From: Lytechinus pictus
Lineage: Eukaryota
NCBI RefSeq assembly: GCF_037042905.1
Contig: NC_087245.1
Location: forward strand, 8,744,001-8,808,000
Reading direction: 5' to 3'
Length of the DNA: 64,000 nucleotides
Shown here: one piece after another, positions 38,544 to 53,500 of the stretch
Numbering within the stretch: the first letter of the stretch is position 1
Layout of the letters: each line of letters begins with the position of its first letter
The notes under the pieces: generated by a model
Database searches by the model: none
Told to the model about the DNA's origin: nothing
What the model saw: the letters and a program-made list of their open reading frames with translations, nothing else
Program-made: the position numbers and the translations under genes

Positions 38544-41500
38544 CCAAATACATTACTATTTCAAGTTCTCCTTCGTATTGCTTCACTTATTCATTTCCTG
38601 GTTTATTCATTTATTCGTTCATGTTTGTGCTGTTTTGGGAAAAAATGTTGTCTATTAATTGACACGATAGGCCTACCCCGAGAGGGGGCAGTATACCCTG
38701 ACGTAAAGTTGATGATAATTAAAGCAGAAACTAGAAAAAAATATTCTTAAAGGTTTGCTGAAAATATATTTTTTTAATTGCCACGCATTTTGGTTAAAAA
38801 GTTCGCTATTCTCTAATCAAATATTTTCATTCTCACACTTTCATTAATTTTTATTATATTAAATTGTATTCTACTCATTAATGTAATGAATGACTTGCTA
38901 AGATCAATTGTAATGTCAATTTCACCTGCCCAGTAACCTGCACAATCAAGGTACTAATGGATAATTTGTTTTTCTGTTCCAATCATGAAGAAGCGAAAAC
39001 GAAAATCAGCCCCTTAGTTTGGGGTTTTTGAAAACACAAAAACGAAATCACAACGAGAATAACGTGTTGTGATTTGGTGTTTGTATATAAAAAAACAGAA
39101 AATTAAATTAGAAAAACTTTTGTGCTTTATCTGATTTCTCATTCTAAATTTGTGTTTGTATATATAAATATATATAATTCGTGACCTCACTGTCAACTAA
39201 GTATATGTATGATGCAACTGCATGAAAAACAGCGCCTTTAGAATTGTTGGATGTCGCCTAGCAACAGGATACTATGTTAGTGGTAATTAAACTACATGTA
39301 AATCGATGTCAAATATTGATATTTACAGATGAATCCAACATGACCAAGCAATATCATTTTGGTTATATATCCTAAATATAATGCTAATCAAATAAACCTA
39401 ATTTCTTACCCTACAGAAACTATTAGTCATATCATTTCGTCTTCAAGAAATATAATTTTACAAACAAAGAAGTTCATGAAGCATGATCTGATTATTAAAT
39501 CAAGAATTATGTAAATCTCAAATATAGAGAAATAAAAAAAATATCCACGCAAATCATGTTCGATAAACGATCAAGCAGGGCACTGGGAACGATTTTTAGT
39601 AGGGGGTGCTGTGGGTTTTGTTTGAAAAAATGGCAAAAAAGAAGAAAAAACATTACACTCCAAGATGATGGGGATTTTGGTAAAAAATTATTGCTCCCAA
39701 ATAAAAAAGAATTACAATCGATTATAGACCTATAATTTTATGCTCCCATCAATTCAAAGAACACAACGGTTCAAGGAAAACATCAATTATACTAAAATCA
39801 TTTAAAATGCATTATTATCCTTTGTAATGGATCAAATTCAACCAGGAAAGTTAAGTGTTGAACAAGATGCCCCCCCCCCTCCTCTCTCACTCCTACATGT
39901 CAGCAGTGTTTAAAAACATAACCTTTTCGTGTCGATATAAATTATATCAACAAAATTCATCTCGAACTTCGATTGCATTTGCATCCTATTTTCAAGTGTG
40001 AAAATAAAATCAGCTCGCGCTCCTCTTTCACATCCTGTTCATGCGTCACTGTAAAGTCCTTTTCCCATTTTCAGTTCAGTAATTAAAATATTAAATAAAC
40101 GTTTGTTGTTTAGGGTTAATACGAGCTTAGTGTGCTCCATTCATAGCTTTTAACACATGGATTAATTATTTTTTTTCACAGTTAGCGTTCTCGTTTAGTT
40201 CGGCCGTATAGTCATGGTAGGCCTATCTTGTTGGTAAATATTAAAGTAAAATGTACATAAACTTCCCTATCACAACGCCCCCCCCCCAAAAAAAAAAACA
40301 CCTACCTTTTCCTCTTTGAGTGGCCGACCAGGGATTTCATGAATGGCAATGTGTCCAACTGGCCTGTACGGCTGTACCCCCGCCCCTTTAAAAATACTGA
40401 ACCCGTACTTGTGTGTCTATTTTTTTCTGACGCATTCAACCAGACAGACCTATGCGCCACCAACTGTCTTCTCAAATTTGCGCTCCCCCCCCCCCCCCGC
40501 TACGAAATCTCGGATCTGGGGGACACATTAAACTCCTGAAATAAACTATCACAGATAAGGAAATAGTAGAATAATTCGTGCATGAAAATAAATTATAAGA
40601 ACACATTGAGACTCTTTTCCGAAATTATAAAATCTTTTAATAAAATCGGGGGCGAGGGTGTATGAATTAGTAAATAAATGAATACCATATAGGCGAAGAA
40701 AATAATGCAATATTTGGATGGTGAATTAATGAAATGACGATCGATCAATAAATGTTTTTTTTTAAATAATTTGTTGATGCGATATGCCGTTATTTCAGGC
40801 CTACTACCATGTATACCAGCAAACAATCGAAATCCACCATTTTTAAAACCATGCCATCAAATACAGTTACAAACAATCTTCAAGTGGATTGATTAAAATG
40901 AATGCAGGATGAGAAAATGATTTAAGTTGATAGGTTAATTAGCTGAAGAAATACTGGGATATCAATGAACGGTATATATTAGTAAGCTTTTTAAAAAATA
41001 AAAGATTAATAAATTGATATTTAGGTAAAAGAGAAAACGTACTTAACGTACTTAGATAATATAGATAATGATAGGCTTATCCCCAATTGTAGGGGCCGGG
41101 AGGGGGATAAGTCTCAGTAAAATATAGATTAAGTTAATTATAGCGTAGATATCCCTCAAGCAATTATAAAATTGACCAAATGAAAATTAATACATTTTCC
41201 CCGAATGAATATGCCTATTCGTTTTCTTTTCTGAACTTAAATGGATGAAAAGTGGGGAAGCGGGGGGGGGGGGGGGGGGGGGGGTTATGAAAGGAATGAA
41301 AAAAATACAAATTGATAATACGCAGGAAGCCAGATGAATGATTCAATATTGAATAACAGAAGAAAGCCGATTTGAAAAAAATGTATATTGACTTCTTACA
41401 TCCAGGTGATTATAAATAGATTATGATACATGAATGAATAAATGGATTCATTCGCAGCATTACGTCAAGTGAAAGATTGGGGGAAATTATACAAGAACTA

Positions 41501-44500
41501 TACAATTTTATTATTAATGACACCTCCCTCCCCGCAAAAAAATAATTCAAATGAAATGCTGAATAAAACGAGGTTATAAAATAACTAGCAAATACAAATT
41601 ACGATGGATAATGGAACAAAATAGGCCTAACGTTACATCGAAAACATTCCCCAAAAATAGCAAATGAATGAATCATTCACGGATTTATCAAAAGTTATTC
41701 AGAGAGCAGATCTTTAAAAGCAAAATATTAGCAACACGAGGGCGGCGTCAGGTTGTGAGGGGCCTGGTTGATTTTTCTCTGAAAACTGGAAGGATAACAT
41801 CATGCCTAAAACAAGTCGCCCATATGGATCCTACTCCATTGTCATGCAGAGTTTTTATACTCACTTCTATATTATTCCCCTTGTTTTTTTGAAAATAAAT
41901 TGGAGCCCCCCCGGGCTCCTACAGCGCCGCGCATGATATCACTCACCGGGGAATCAAGACCCACGACCACGCTATTTTCCATGATATAACAAGTGTAAGG
42001 GGCCTCGATAACGAGTATACTAATAGCCGTCATCCGAGCCCCACACACAGCGAATGCTGGGACAATTAAGCGCATTGGACATCACAAAAAACTGAAAACA
42101 AATAAATTAAATGATTAATGTATACATATAAATACATTAATTAATCAATTAAAATAGATTGAATTGAGTGAACTTCCACACATAGAAATAATTAAAAACG
42201 AATGATACATCTTACTCTCTATATCACAAAAGAAAACAAAACTGAAAACAAATAAATTAAATGATGAATGAAATACATTAATTAATCAATAGAAATAGAT
42301 TGATAAATAAGTTAATAACTATATTAATATATAAGTAAATTGACAAATAAATTTCTGAAGAAGTAAATACATACACATTTTATTATTCTCTCTCCTTGTT
42401 TATTTGGAAAATAAATTGGAGGCCCTCCCCCCCCCCCACTCCAGCGCCGCCCATGATAATTCTCACCGGCCGGGGAAACAAGCCCCACGACCACGTTATT
42501 TTCCATAATATGACAGTGCAAGGGACCTCGATAACGAGTATACTAATAGCCGTCATCCGAGCCCCACGCACGTGCGAATGCTGGGAAAAGCGCATTGGAC
42601 GGGGCCAGTTTCGCGATTATCTTAGGATGCAAGCTTAATAATATACTCGTGATATAGGCCCCGCTACTGTGTTGGAGTGCCTGAAGTGCCGTAGTGCGGG
42701 GCCTATATAACGATTATAGTATTATACTCGTGAAACAGGCCCCGCGAACGGACATTCTGAGCCATTCAACACAGCAGCGGGGCCTATATCACGAGTATAT
42801 ATAGTGAGCTGAAGTTAGCAACCTAGATATTGAGGTATGATCGATTACAAGTTTTTCTCGAGCGGGGCCTATATCACGATTTTGCCCATTGAGATAAGAA
42901 GACGCTAAAATCATTGCAAATCAGTATTTTGAAAATCTTCTTAACGCATTCTTATCTTTGTAACTGTAAGGACTGCCTCCTTATCTTCAACACGCCCATT
43001 TTTAGGATATTACCAATCAAAATGCGCTTTATATTGGCAGTTTAACCAATAGAAGCGTTCCTTACATGTAGAGATGCCAAGTTAAAAAAAATGTTATGCG
43101 TGAGATTTTCATGACTCTGGGTCTCTGCGCGCGCGCGGCCAGTACTTACACTTGTACATTTCAAAAAGGCGCGCGTAAGATGTGGGCTTCATCATGAATC
43201 ATGATATCGATCCATACTACAAAACCATGCGATGCACGCACGCGATTCATCGTACCACGTACTAGCTGTGCGCTGACTGCACTCTCGATTCGTCTCACAT
43301 GCCGGGGTAGACGCGATGGCCTGCGAAGGCGGTCGGCCAGTGCGTATAATCTAGCGAATAATGCTACTTTTTCTCTTTTTTTTCTGACGGGTCCCGAAGC
43401 GTGAGAGAATAGGGTGCCGTGCGTGAGATGGACCCTGAATGCGTGAGTCTCACGCACAATGCGTGATCCTTGGTAGCTCAGTCCTTATGTCAAGTGAATA
43501 TCATGGACATGGGCGCTGCGCGTACACTGTTTCTGGCGCATTGCGCGAAATAGGCATTTTATACGCAATGACTGATTATTATTTGGAGACACGTGCACAA
43601 AATAAAAAAAAGGAAAGAAAGTAAAGAAAAAGGTAAATAAAGCAGGTCCAAATAAATAAAATATGAAGAAAAAAAGTAAGTAGGTATTAAGAAAACAAGT
43701 GTCAGAATGAAGCAGAAATAAAAAAAAAGATGAAAGGAACAAAGCAGAAAATGAAAGAAATAACGAGTAAATGAAAGTAAGCAAGCAAAAAACAACTTAA
43801 AAATAAAAAAATAAAGAAAGAAAAAAGAATGAATAAAAGAAAGAAAAAGAAATAGAACAATTATCAATGATAAAGTGAGGAAGAAATAAAAAAGAAAGGA
43901 AAGAAACTTAAAGGAAAAAACTAAAAGGACAAAATAAAAAGATTAAGAAAGGATGAAATGAAGTAATAAAGAACCAAAACAGAAAAAAGTTAGAAAAAAC
44001 GAATGAAAGACAGTAAGAAAGAAAATGAAGGAATAAAAAATGTAAAAAGTGAAGGAAGAGAGAAAAAAGGAAAATGAAACAAAGAAATAAAGATGAGAGA
44101 GAAAAAATAAAGGAAAATTAAAGCAAAAATAAAGACTGCAGAAAGATAAAAAGAAAGAAAGGTAAATTCAAAGAAAGAAAAGGAACGAAAAGGGAAAATA
44201 ATAAGTCGGGAAAAGTGAAGAAGGAATAAAAAAAAAAAAAAAAAGAAAATGAAAAATATTAATGGAAAGAATAACGTAGAAGATTTTTTAAAATTAATAG
44301 AAGAAAGACACAAATGAAGGTAAAGAAAGAGAGTAAATAAAGAACAAACGAAAAAAGAATGAGCGAAATAAAGAATAAAAAAGAAGAAAGAAAGTTAATA
44401 AGACAAGAGTGTCAGGAAGCAGAAATAAACAAAATGAAAGAAAGAACGAATGAAAACAGAAAAAAGAACCCAAAAATAAAAAGAAAAAAAAATGAAAGAA

Positions 44501-47500
44501 AATTAAGGGAAAATACAAATTAAGGGAAGGAAGAAAGAAATAAAAAGATAACAAAAAAAGTGAAGGAAGAAAGAAAAATGAAAAAAAAAGAAAAGGAAAG
44601 GAAGTGAGAAAAGGGCAAAGAAAAAAAAAGCAGAAATAAAGACTTATTGAAGAAAAGAAAAAAAGTGATAAAACGAAAAGGGAAAATTAAAAAGGAAGAA
44701 AGATGAAGAATAAATGAAACAAAGCAAAAGAAAAATAAAGAAATTAAAAGATTAAAAAAGAATAAAACAAAAGATATAAACGAAGAATGAAAGAAAGGAA
44801 GAATGACAGACACATAGAAAGGAAGAAAGACAGACAGATAGAAAGGAAGAAAAAGAGAAAAAAATAAAGAAAAAAGGGATAGAAAAAAGAGACGGGCAAA
44901 ATAAAGGGTGAATGAAAGAAAGGGTGGGAGGAATACTTGCATGTGGGTACTTGTTACTACTAGTGACCATCCAGAGATGTGATAACCCTCCAGCTATCTT
45001 AAATATTATCATAAATATCGTGAAAGATAAGAAAGAGAAAAGATTAGAACTTTTTCAGAATACCACTTATCTTCATTTTGTTCTTATCTTTTAGCGCGCT
45101 TTTGTATTATATGCGCGAGTAATACATATACATGTAAGCGCTCAGCATAGGATGTTTTGCAAGATAAGAAAAAGATAACAAAAGATAAGAAAAAGATAAC
45201 GTTTTCAGAATACCAATTTGAGATCATGACGTAGATAAGAACAAATTAAGATAAGAATACCGCCCCAGGAGTCGACGTGCAAAACGAGGGAGACACTGGG
45301 GTAGATTGGGGTCTCAATTAGTCTTGAGGACTCCATGATGATGTTTTTTTAAATATTTTGACAGTGATACTTCTTCATCATGGAGTCTTGAACCACCTGC
45401 CATATATGTATAAGAGATGTAAACAAAGATGGATTTCCCTAGGAAATCCATAGTTAGACTAAGGGTGAAATCGGTTTGTAGGGTCGAATTTTATTTATTT
45501 ATGAAACTTGATGTGCCTAATGCGTATAAAGGGATAAAAATCATTTCACTATAAATGGTAAAAATGAGACATTTCTTACCAGACCAATCTCCTGTAGATC
45601 CCTCGATCCGTTTGTCAACAAAGCAAATACAATACAGCCTGGCCCTTGAACCGCTTCGTTATGACGTATATCCGGTTAGCAATGCCGTATTGAAGAACAA
45701 TTTATAGATACAAATTATTATTTCACAAATACTAAAATTTAATACGTGATTATAAATAATTAGTAGTATTATACTAATTATTTATAATCACGTATTAAAT
45801 TTTAGTACTTGTAAAATAATATTTTTTATAGATCCATAAATTGTTCTTCAAAACGGCATCGCTAACCGGATGTACGTCATAACGAAGCTATGGGTTATGG
45901 CCGGGGCCGGTTGCATGACGAGATGAGCGATACGTACGAATGTCTAGGACTAGCCTTGGGGACTCCATGATGGTATTTTTAAATATTTGACATTATATCT
46001 ACTTCTTCATCATGGAGCCTTGAAGTTGAACCGCCTGCCATATATCATTATATGTATAACTATAAGAGACACATGTAAACAATGTTGGCTTTTCCTAGGA
46101 AATCCATCTTTTATGATAAAAATAACATAAATATTTTTTATTTTATTTATATTTACACAAAAACTGGTTAATGAAAAGGCGATAAATTGAAGGTTACTTA
46201 CCAGACCGATCTCGTGTGGATCCCTCCATTTGTCAACAAAACAAATACAATAGGTCTGACCCTTGAACCGCTTTGTTATGACGTACCTTCGATTAGCGAT
46301 GTTACAAAATACCATTTTGAAGAACAATTTATAGATAAAAATTATTATTTAACAAATACTAAAATTTAATGCGTGATTATGAATAATAATTATTATTACA
46401 ACAATCATGAAAATCCACACATCGTAACTGCACTCTAGCCCCTCCATTGCTCGATTGTATCGAAATTAGTTTACACTCACGTCCGCATAAAGGCAGAAAC
46501 ATGGCCATGTATTGCTGCCCTCTGCATTCGGTTATAATCATGATCGCGGTATATAGGTGTCATGCGCGTAAAACATTCCCCATAGACTTGTGTGTTTAAA
46601 TGGCACTTTAAAAAAATTCATAAAAGATAAATGTGAAATAAGAGGGTGGAATGTTTACTACCATTGGATAGGATATATATCTGTCTGACATTCCATATCT
46701 GACCAGAAAAGAGTATCCTAGCCAGCTCATTTAAAAAATAAATATTGCCATTTATGAAGATAACTATGATGGGATCAAATTTATCAACTGAAACAGTAAA
46801 ATAGCCCTAATTCTTCCGCCTGTTAAAAATAGTTCCAAAGTCATTGATATATGTTCCCAATTTGGGCAAAGCAAATTCAGTAGTTATTATTTCTAGAATC
46901 AGTATTATATTTTCAATCATATTCATACACTTTTATCAATCAGCAACATTGACGAGTGGATACCATGAGAGACCCCAAAGATGTCTTTTTCAAGATAGGG
47001 CATGTTATGTACGTAACGTAATAAGGGTGTCAAAAACACTAAAATAATGAAAAAAGGGTTTCTATTTCGCTAGGAAAGCTACATATTTAGGGTCAAAAGA
47101 CTAAAATGATATATAAAGGATGTACTTTTTAATCAAGCCAGAAAATTGACACGATCATTGAAAATAAATGAACGATATTAATATCATGACCATAGAACAT
47201 TATTTAATCGTAATATTTAACAATAATTTGCATATGATAATCATTAATATGAAGTTAGAGCTTGATGTGAAACATTTGTATTTTGACTTGAGTGAATGCA
47301 TTTGTTTAAAAATGAAAAATTATCCTGTCAGGATTGATTCTCAAACATTGTCAATAGGCCTAGGACTTTCGGGTATTTTTGTCTTCGGGTACCCGTGGTA
47401 ATTTTCGGGCGGGTACCCGAAATTCATGCCGCATGAAATATGACTAGTGGAAAAACCCCATAGGTGACGTCATCCAGCCACTGCGCCGCAAGCAAACTTA

Positions 47501-50500
47501 TGAATGAAAATATAGTAAGCATGCGCAGTGCAAGCCTCCCGTGCCCCACGCAGTATTCCATCAAAATAAGTCTGCCATACTCTGTCACCTCGTACCAAAA
47601 TAGACCTAGAATTCCACTTTCCTATATTTCATATCAATTAAGAAACATATTCTCGGAGGATCTGTTTTCTCACCGATACCACACAGGTAAGCAATTTTTG
47701 ATTGCTTCTTGCTTTTCCGTCAAAATCTTACGAAGTAGTGTCGATATTACATCGTGTTCGTGAGTTTGTAGAATATATCGCTCCATGCACATAGTCAATT
47801 GAATTCCGGGTAGTTTCGGAGCGCCGAATGCACCAGCCAATCACGATCGTGTTACCATACAGTCAGTCGGCAAGCCCTGAAAAAGTAGCTTCTTTTATCC
47901 AAGTGATATTCATGACTAGAGGGTTTTTGCATTGTTAATGAGCTTGGTGCGGACCAGAACACCTATTTTTATCCGGCCATTGCTGCTCTAAATATTGACC
48001 AAATTTCATGTTTTTGGTATCTTTGTAAAGAAGAAGAATCATTCTTTCAAGTCATGTGTTTAGATTTTTAAAAGGATTTTTTAATATAGGGGAAACTTTT
48101 GATCTAAAACGTGAAACAAAATAATTTTTTTCATGCAACAAAAGTTGTTGTTTTCACACTTAATTTCTGTTTGAGCATAAAGCTGAATATCTCAGCTTTA
48201 ATATGATATAATTTTTATAAGAAGATGTATTTTAGATGGGTCAGCAGTCAGCTTTTCATAGGCCAAGTACATTTAGCAGCTCAAAAACAAGAATACTGCG
48301 CTCTGATAGGTCATAGAGACCACACACCCACGCAAATTCCAATGTTCCCCACACTGGGCCTCTGCAAGGTCACACTCACCATGTGGTAATCTCTTCAAAT
48401 TACCCGCGCCTGTTGTTTTGAAAACATTTAGCCAATCAGAACTCTGGATTTTATGTTACTCAGAAATTTCAGAAATCTCGTCTTGCACCTTGATGGAAAG
48501 AGCTGGCTGCTGACCCATCTAAAATATGCCACATATCAAGAGTGACATTGCAAGAAAGTATAGATTTTGAGCTTTCTGATCATATAAATAATGTTTGTGC
48601 CTAAAACACAAAATGTTGCACAATTTGCAAGTGAAAACCGAGGCAGAAAATTCTGTTTGATGCATCTTTTCAGGTAAAAAATTCACTTATTTATCAAAAT
48701 ATTTTATTCGAAAGAAATGACCAATGCAAAAGAGTAATATTTACTTTCCCATGGTACAAAAATAATCAATATTGCTCAAGAGAAAGTGGTTAAATTCTTT
48801 GAGAAAGAAAGTCTCACAATTCATGAGATTTTGCAGGGACATGAATTCAGCCACGAGAGGACTTGGATAAATCTTGCTCATTTGCTCATTAACACAGGGG
48901 CTGCAGATTGACAGCATAAGGTATATCGCTTATCAGAACCGCAATGCATCATGGGATCGAAAAGGGGGACGTTAGCTTGCTCTGCGCACGTGCAGAGCTA
49001 GCTAATGGCCCCCTTTTTTTATCCCATGATGTATTGCGATTCTGATTAGCGATAAACCTTATTTTCGGTTTATGATGAACTGAAAATGGTAACACGAACG
49101 TGGTTGGCTGGCGCTTCGTATGCTCAAGCTGCAAAAGAAACATGGCGACGATTGAACGATCTCAGTCACATCATCACTTGAAAAACTTGTATATTTATGG
49201 ATATTTCGAGGGTAATTGGTGAGATTCAAAATGAGACTTGTGTACTTTTGTGATGAGTTACAATCATGTCTTACACTACGCAATACAAATGAAATACATA
49301 CCGTAAGTAACGGACTATAAACCGCATCTGTGGATTAACCGCACCCCCAACTTTGGACTAAAAAAAAAAAAAAAAAAAATCCTCACATTATATTTGAGGT
49401 ACGAAGAAACAAAAACTAAGTTAAAGATTTCAAAGTATCCAAAGAGATTACCGGTATGCGGAAATCTGCTGTTCTTGATCAATTCATCTACAAATGTTTG
49501 CAAGAAAGAAAGGTCCCGACAATATTGGCCAAGTACACACTCACTCACCTCACAGTCACAGTGTACACACACACAGCACTGCCGTTCTTGTACATTGCAA
49601 ACTACGATACGGTACCAGTACATCTTATCAAATAATGATCTGTGTCTTTCCCGCCGTAGGAGGAAGAAACATTCACATTTCTTGCATCACAAACTCACAA
49701 TCACTTTCAGAATTTGTCTAGCATTCGATGTCTTAGCATGAATTTTGGATACGGGATTACAGGAAGGTTCAAGAAACAAAGAAATTGCCATTTTTGTACA
49801 GTTGTTTTGACGGCTTCGTGCCGTCTCTCTCGTTGCGTGGTGTACATGGTATCTTATGAAAAGCAAACGGGAAAGAAAAAATAAGCTGGCGCGAAACGGG
49901 ACTTTGGAGGGGATCGAGGGTTAAAATGAATACCTCCAGCTTAGGTCGCACTGTAACCACAATACAACACAAGCTAGCTCAGCTAGCCGGCCTCAGCTAA
50001 CTCAACTCTCGCGCTCGCTAGCTCAGCTCAGCTGTGTCTGTGACAAAATATTACCGAGTATGCTTGGCTTCTCTTTGAACTTAGCCAGGGAACTTCGCTG
50101 CTTTGAACCGAGAATAAAGTCGAAATTAGTGTCATGAAGGTGGGTGCGTTTGTTATAATCGCTTCTCATTACCCGCGGCTCATACCCCTCTAAACGACAT
50201 TGCCCTGGGCGGCTACGCCGGGCCACTCGATGTGTTGTGAACTGGCAGACATATTCGGGAGGGGTTATAACGGGCTGGCTCAGACCAGTCACGGTGGATA
50301 AACCGCACCCCCGACTTTTGCTTCTATCCCGCCGAGAAAAAGGTGCGGTTAATAGACCGTTACTTACGGTATACCATGTATACGTTATACTGGTAAGCAA
50401 TTTTCGGGTATCGGGTATTGATTTTTCTACCCGGGTACCCGGGTTTTAGTCTCAGCCCTAAACTAATTGTCAATATGCAGAAACTCTTTTCAAGATTGTA

Positions 50501-53500
50501 ATTTTACCATATGATAAAATTTTACATGATAAAACGGAGAAAATTACGTTTGATATTTTTTTTCCATCAATTTGAAGCTCGTTTGTGCCCAACTGTGGGA
50601 TCTGAATTCATGACAGGAAAATATGTCATACGTCATCGAACACGCATGCGCATTGTGCTTCTTTTCTTGGAGACGTCCAGAGATGGAATAAAAATAAAAA
50701 TAATGAAAGTATTGATACTTCCATATGAACATAACATACTTTGCTGACATTGTCAATATTTTTAGTATGGCCATAAAATCTTTAATCTATTTCGAGCGCA
50801 TGCTCTTGTGTCTAAAATAAAAAAATGGATTATCTATCATATCAGGATTAACGTTAATTCTCGAACATCATCATAACTCACTTTCCACAATCTTTCCTCA
50901 CAATCGTTATATCAGCATTGAATGCCAATTCAAATGACCATGCAGAGAAAATTGCGTATATTTATTCCCATCAATTTGGAGCTCATTTTGGATCAAACTA
51001 CATCTCAGGCAAGTTACAGTTCTCTCCGCTGGTATAGCACTTGTTTGCCGACAAGCACGCCTGTCGTTTCGGGAGAGAGTAAAAAATTGCTTTCCCATCC
51101 ATGCCACGGGACCACCCAGGGCTCGCAAAAGTAAACATTTTATTGTTGCCCAGAGCCATGGCATGCGAGCCCTCAAAGAAAACCATTGAGAAAATATTGC
51201 ACAAGTACTGGTAAAAAAACAAACAACTTTTCGTGTAATCAAAATGTGCCTTTCTTAACTGTTCCCCTCATTGTCCTTAATTTCTAATACGAAATTAGAG
51301 TGAGTGAACCTTTCTGGTAACTGAATACTGGCATTGTATTTTGCATATGTAGGCATTGGTGAGAGGGACTCTGATTAGGAGATCATTAAAGAATTTGAGA
51401 GCGGAGTTTGAAGAAATCAACTATGAACTTCAAGGAGGAGTTTCCAATCATGCACTCACCCATTGGCCAGCAAAGACACCATGTAGACCAGCATTCAGCT
51501 TATCAAATGAGGTTAGTGGTCCAAAGAAAAAAATAAAGAGATGAAGCTTTATTATCTGACTTAAATCCTATAATTAAAATTGAAAATAGTAACTTTTGTT
51601 TTGAACAAGGATGATGTTGGGAAATATGTTAAGACCATATATTCTTGATTCTGTTTTCCTGATTAGAGTCTTCTACCTGATTTCTTGTCAGCATGGCTGT
51701 GGAAGTTGTAGATCATGTACAGAACAAATTGTGTCATTATATTTTTTAAATTTTACTTGAAGTGATTCATAACAGTTTTCGTTCGGGTCATTAATAAAAT
51801 GCAGCCTTTAAAGATGCCTTGACTAAATTCAGAAAGCACACTGAGTAATTTTCAGATGAAGAAGTTGATTTGTAGTGAGGATTGCACAATGTTTTCCTCT
51901 TTATACTTCGTCCATTACAATGCTCCCTCCTTAACTGAAGTATCTTGATCAAACTGGCAATATGTAATCTCAGATCTTCACCTAGACCCTACATGCTTGC
52001 ACTTGACAATTGCTATGGCAACCAGGAAAAGTCTACTCACTGGGGTTCATGTATGAATATGTTCTGATACTCACAAACTCCCGCATGTATCTTACATGTG
52101 TACATGTATGTGGTTTGAAATATTCATAGAGTGAACTGATCCAGGGTAAATATTATCATTTGGATTGCTTGTATTATATTTACTCAGTAATTAATAATGA
52201 GTATTCCTTGTTGATTCGTGTATTTTTTTTTGCTTCTAGGGTATTGATGTACTCCAGAGACTAGCCAAAAAGGATTGGCGTAAACCACACCCTTCACCGC
52301 ATCCAGTGAGGATAGAAGGTGAGCCAGCATCTCGCCAAGAGTCTGGTGACTTTGAGCTCTCACAGCAATCTGAGCATCCATTGAGTCCAGAGGGTGAGCC
52401 AGCATCTTCCCAAGATTGTGTTGTCAGTGTTGAGTCAATAGAACCCTCACAGCAATCTGAGAAATCAAGTAGTATAGAGGGTTATGATATATCTCAGCAA
52501 TATTCATCCGACTTTCAGTCAAGATCTTCTTTATCATCATCAGAGAAGTCTTTCCAACCTAACTCAGGAGATTCCTCACTACCATCAGATTCAAATGTAG
52601 AGGGCAGGAACCCAAGTGCACACAGTCTCTCAGAGAGTTCAACTGTTGATAATCAAGGTATCAATGAGAAAAAAACCCTATAACAACTCAATTTAGTGTA
52701 AATCAGCTATATAATTAACTTCAAATAGAGATATGAATATTTTAAGATTCAAGGTTTGCTTATTATCCATCGTATAGAGACATACCAAGTCTCACACATT
52801 AGGTGTGATACTCCCGCATTAGGGACTCTTGCTATTCTCCCCCAAATATCTCTCATACCTGAATCACACAGAGGCCTCTACAAAAAAAAAAATTTGTAGA
52901 GAAAAAAATGAAAAAATTTGCTTGCCCGATAGAAAAAACTGCTTGCCCTATTTGTTTTATTTTTTTTATTGACGGCACTACTCTTATTTTTAAAGGTCAT
53001 ACAAAATAACAACGATTGAGAATCATGTACAGTATAAAAGAACACACATTTAAAAGTTTACTTTCAGCAACGTACGTAGGCCTGAGTCATTACGTTTATT
53101 TTGATTTTTTCGCTATTTATAAATGGGGCTTAATTTAAGGTTAAAAAAACCTTCTCCAAAAGTTGCTAAAATTTCATATTTTGCATCTTTAAATCCATGA
53201 AATGGTTATCTGTTTGCCATATATCCTTAGAATTGTTTTGATGTAGTTTGAAACTATAAAGAAAGCCAGTGAAAAATATTCAGCTCTTTATTGACTCTGA
53301 AAAAGATCGTTTCATGATGTAAAAAAAAAATCAAAAGTGGAGTGGCTAAAATTTCACATTTTGCATCTTATCCATGAAATGGTCATTTATTTTCCATATT
53401 TCCTGGAATTTTTTAAAAATTAGTTGGAAACTATCCAGAAAATTAAGAATATTCACCTCTCTCTTGTCTTTTCTTCATCATTTTATGATGTTACACTCGG

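Larger units (their letters stand above)
36087..42886. mobile_element. Foldback-type non-autonomous DNA transposon with ~650-800 bp TIRs (Merlin/MULE-like)
   Basis: GGCA...TGCC ends; 8-bp TSD cattgaga (36079-36086, 42887-42894); 36087-36740 is nearly identical to the reverse complement of 42235-42886; no transposase ORF. Confidence 0.8.
36027..45265. mobile_element. PIF/Harbinger-like non-autonomous element (about 2.4 kb once its nested insert is removed)
   Basis: TIRs gggtggtattct / agaataccgccc; 3-bp TSD CAG (36024-36026, 45266-45268); subterminal ttcttatctt / aagataagaa repeats. Confidence 0.7.

Noticed and set aside
43069..43481. hAT-like MITE (tagagatgccaag...cttggtagctca)
   Set aside because: TIRs are weak and no exact TSD is found, so it is not listed as a feature
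43485..45012. Phe/Leu-rich membrane-protein-like ORFs
   Set aside because: Artefacts of the polypyrimidine strand
47361..50460. One large hAT-like element enclosing several nested repeats
   Set aside because: cgggtacccg repeats occur at both ends, but the left TIR and TSD could not be resolved
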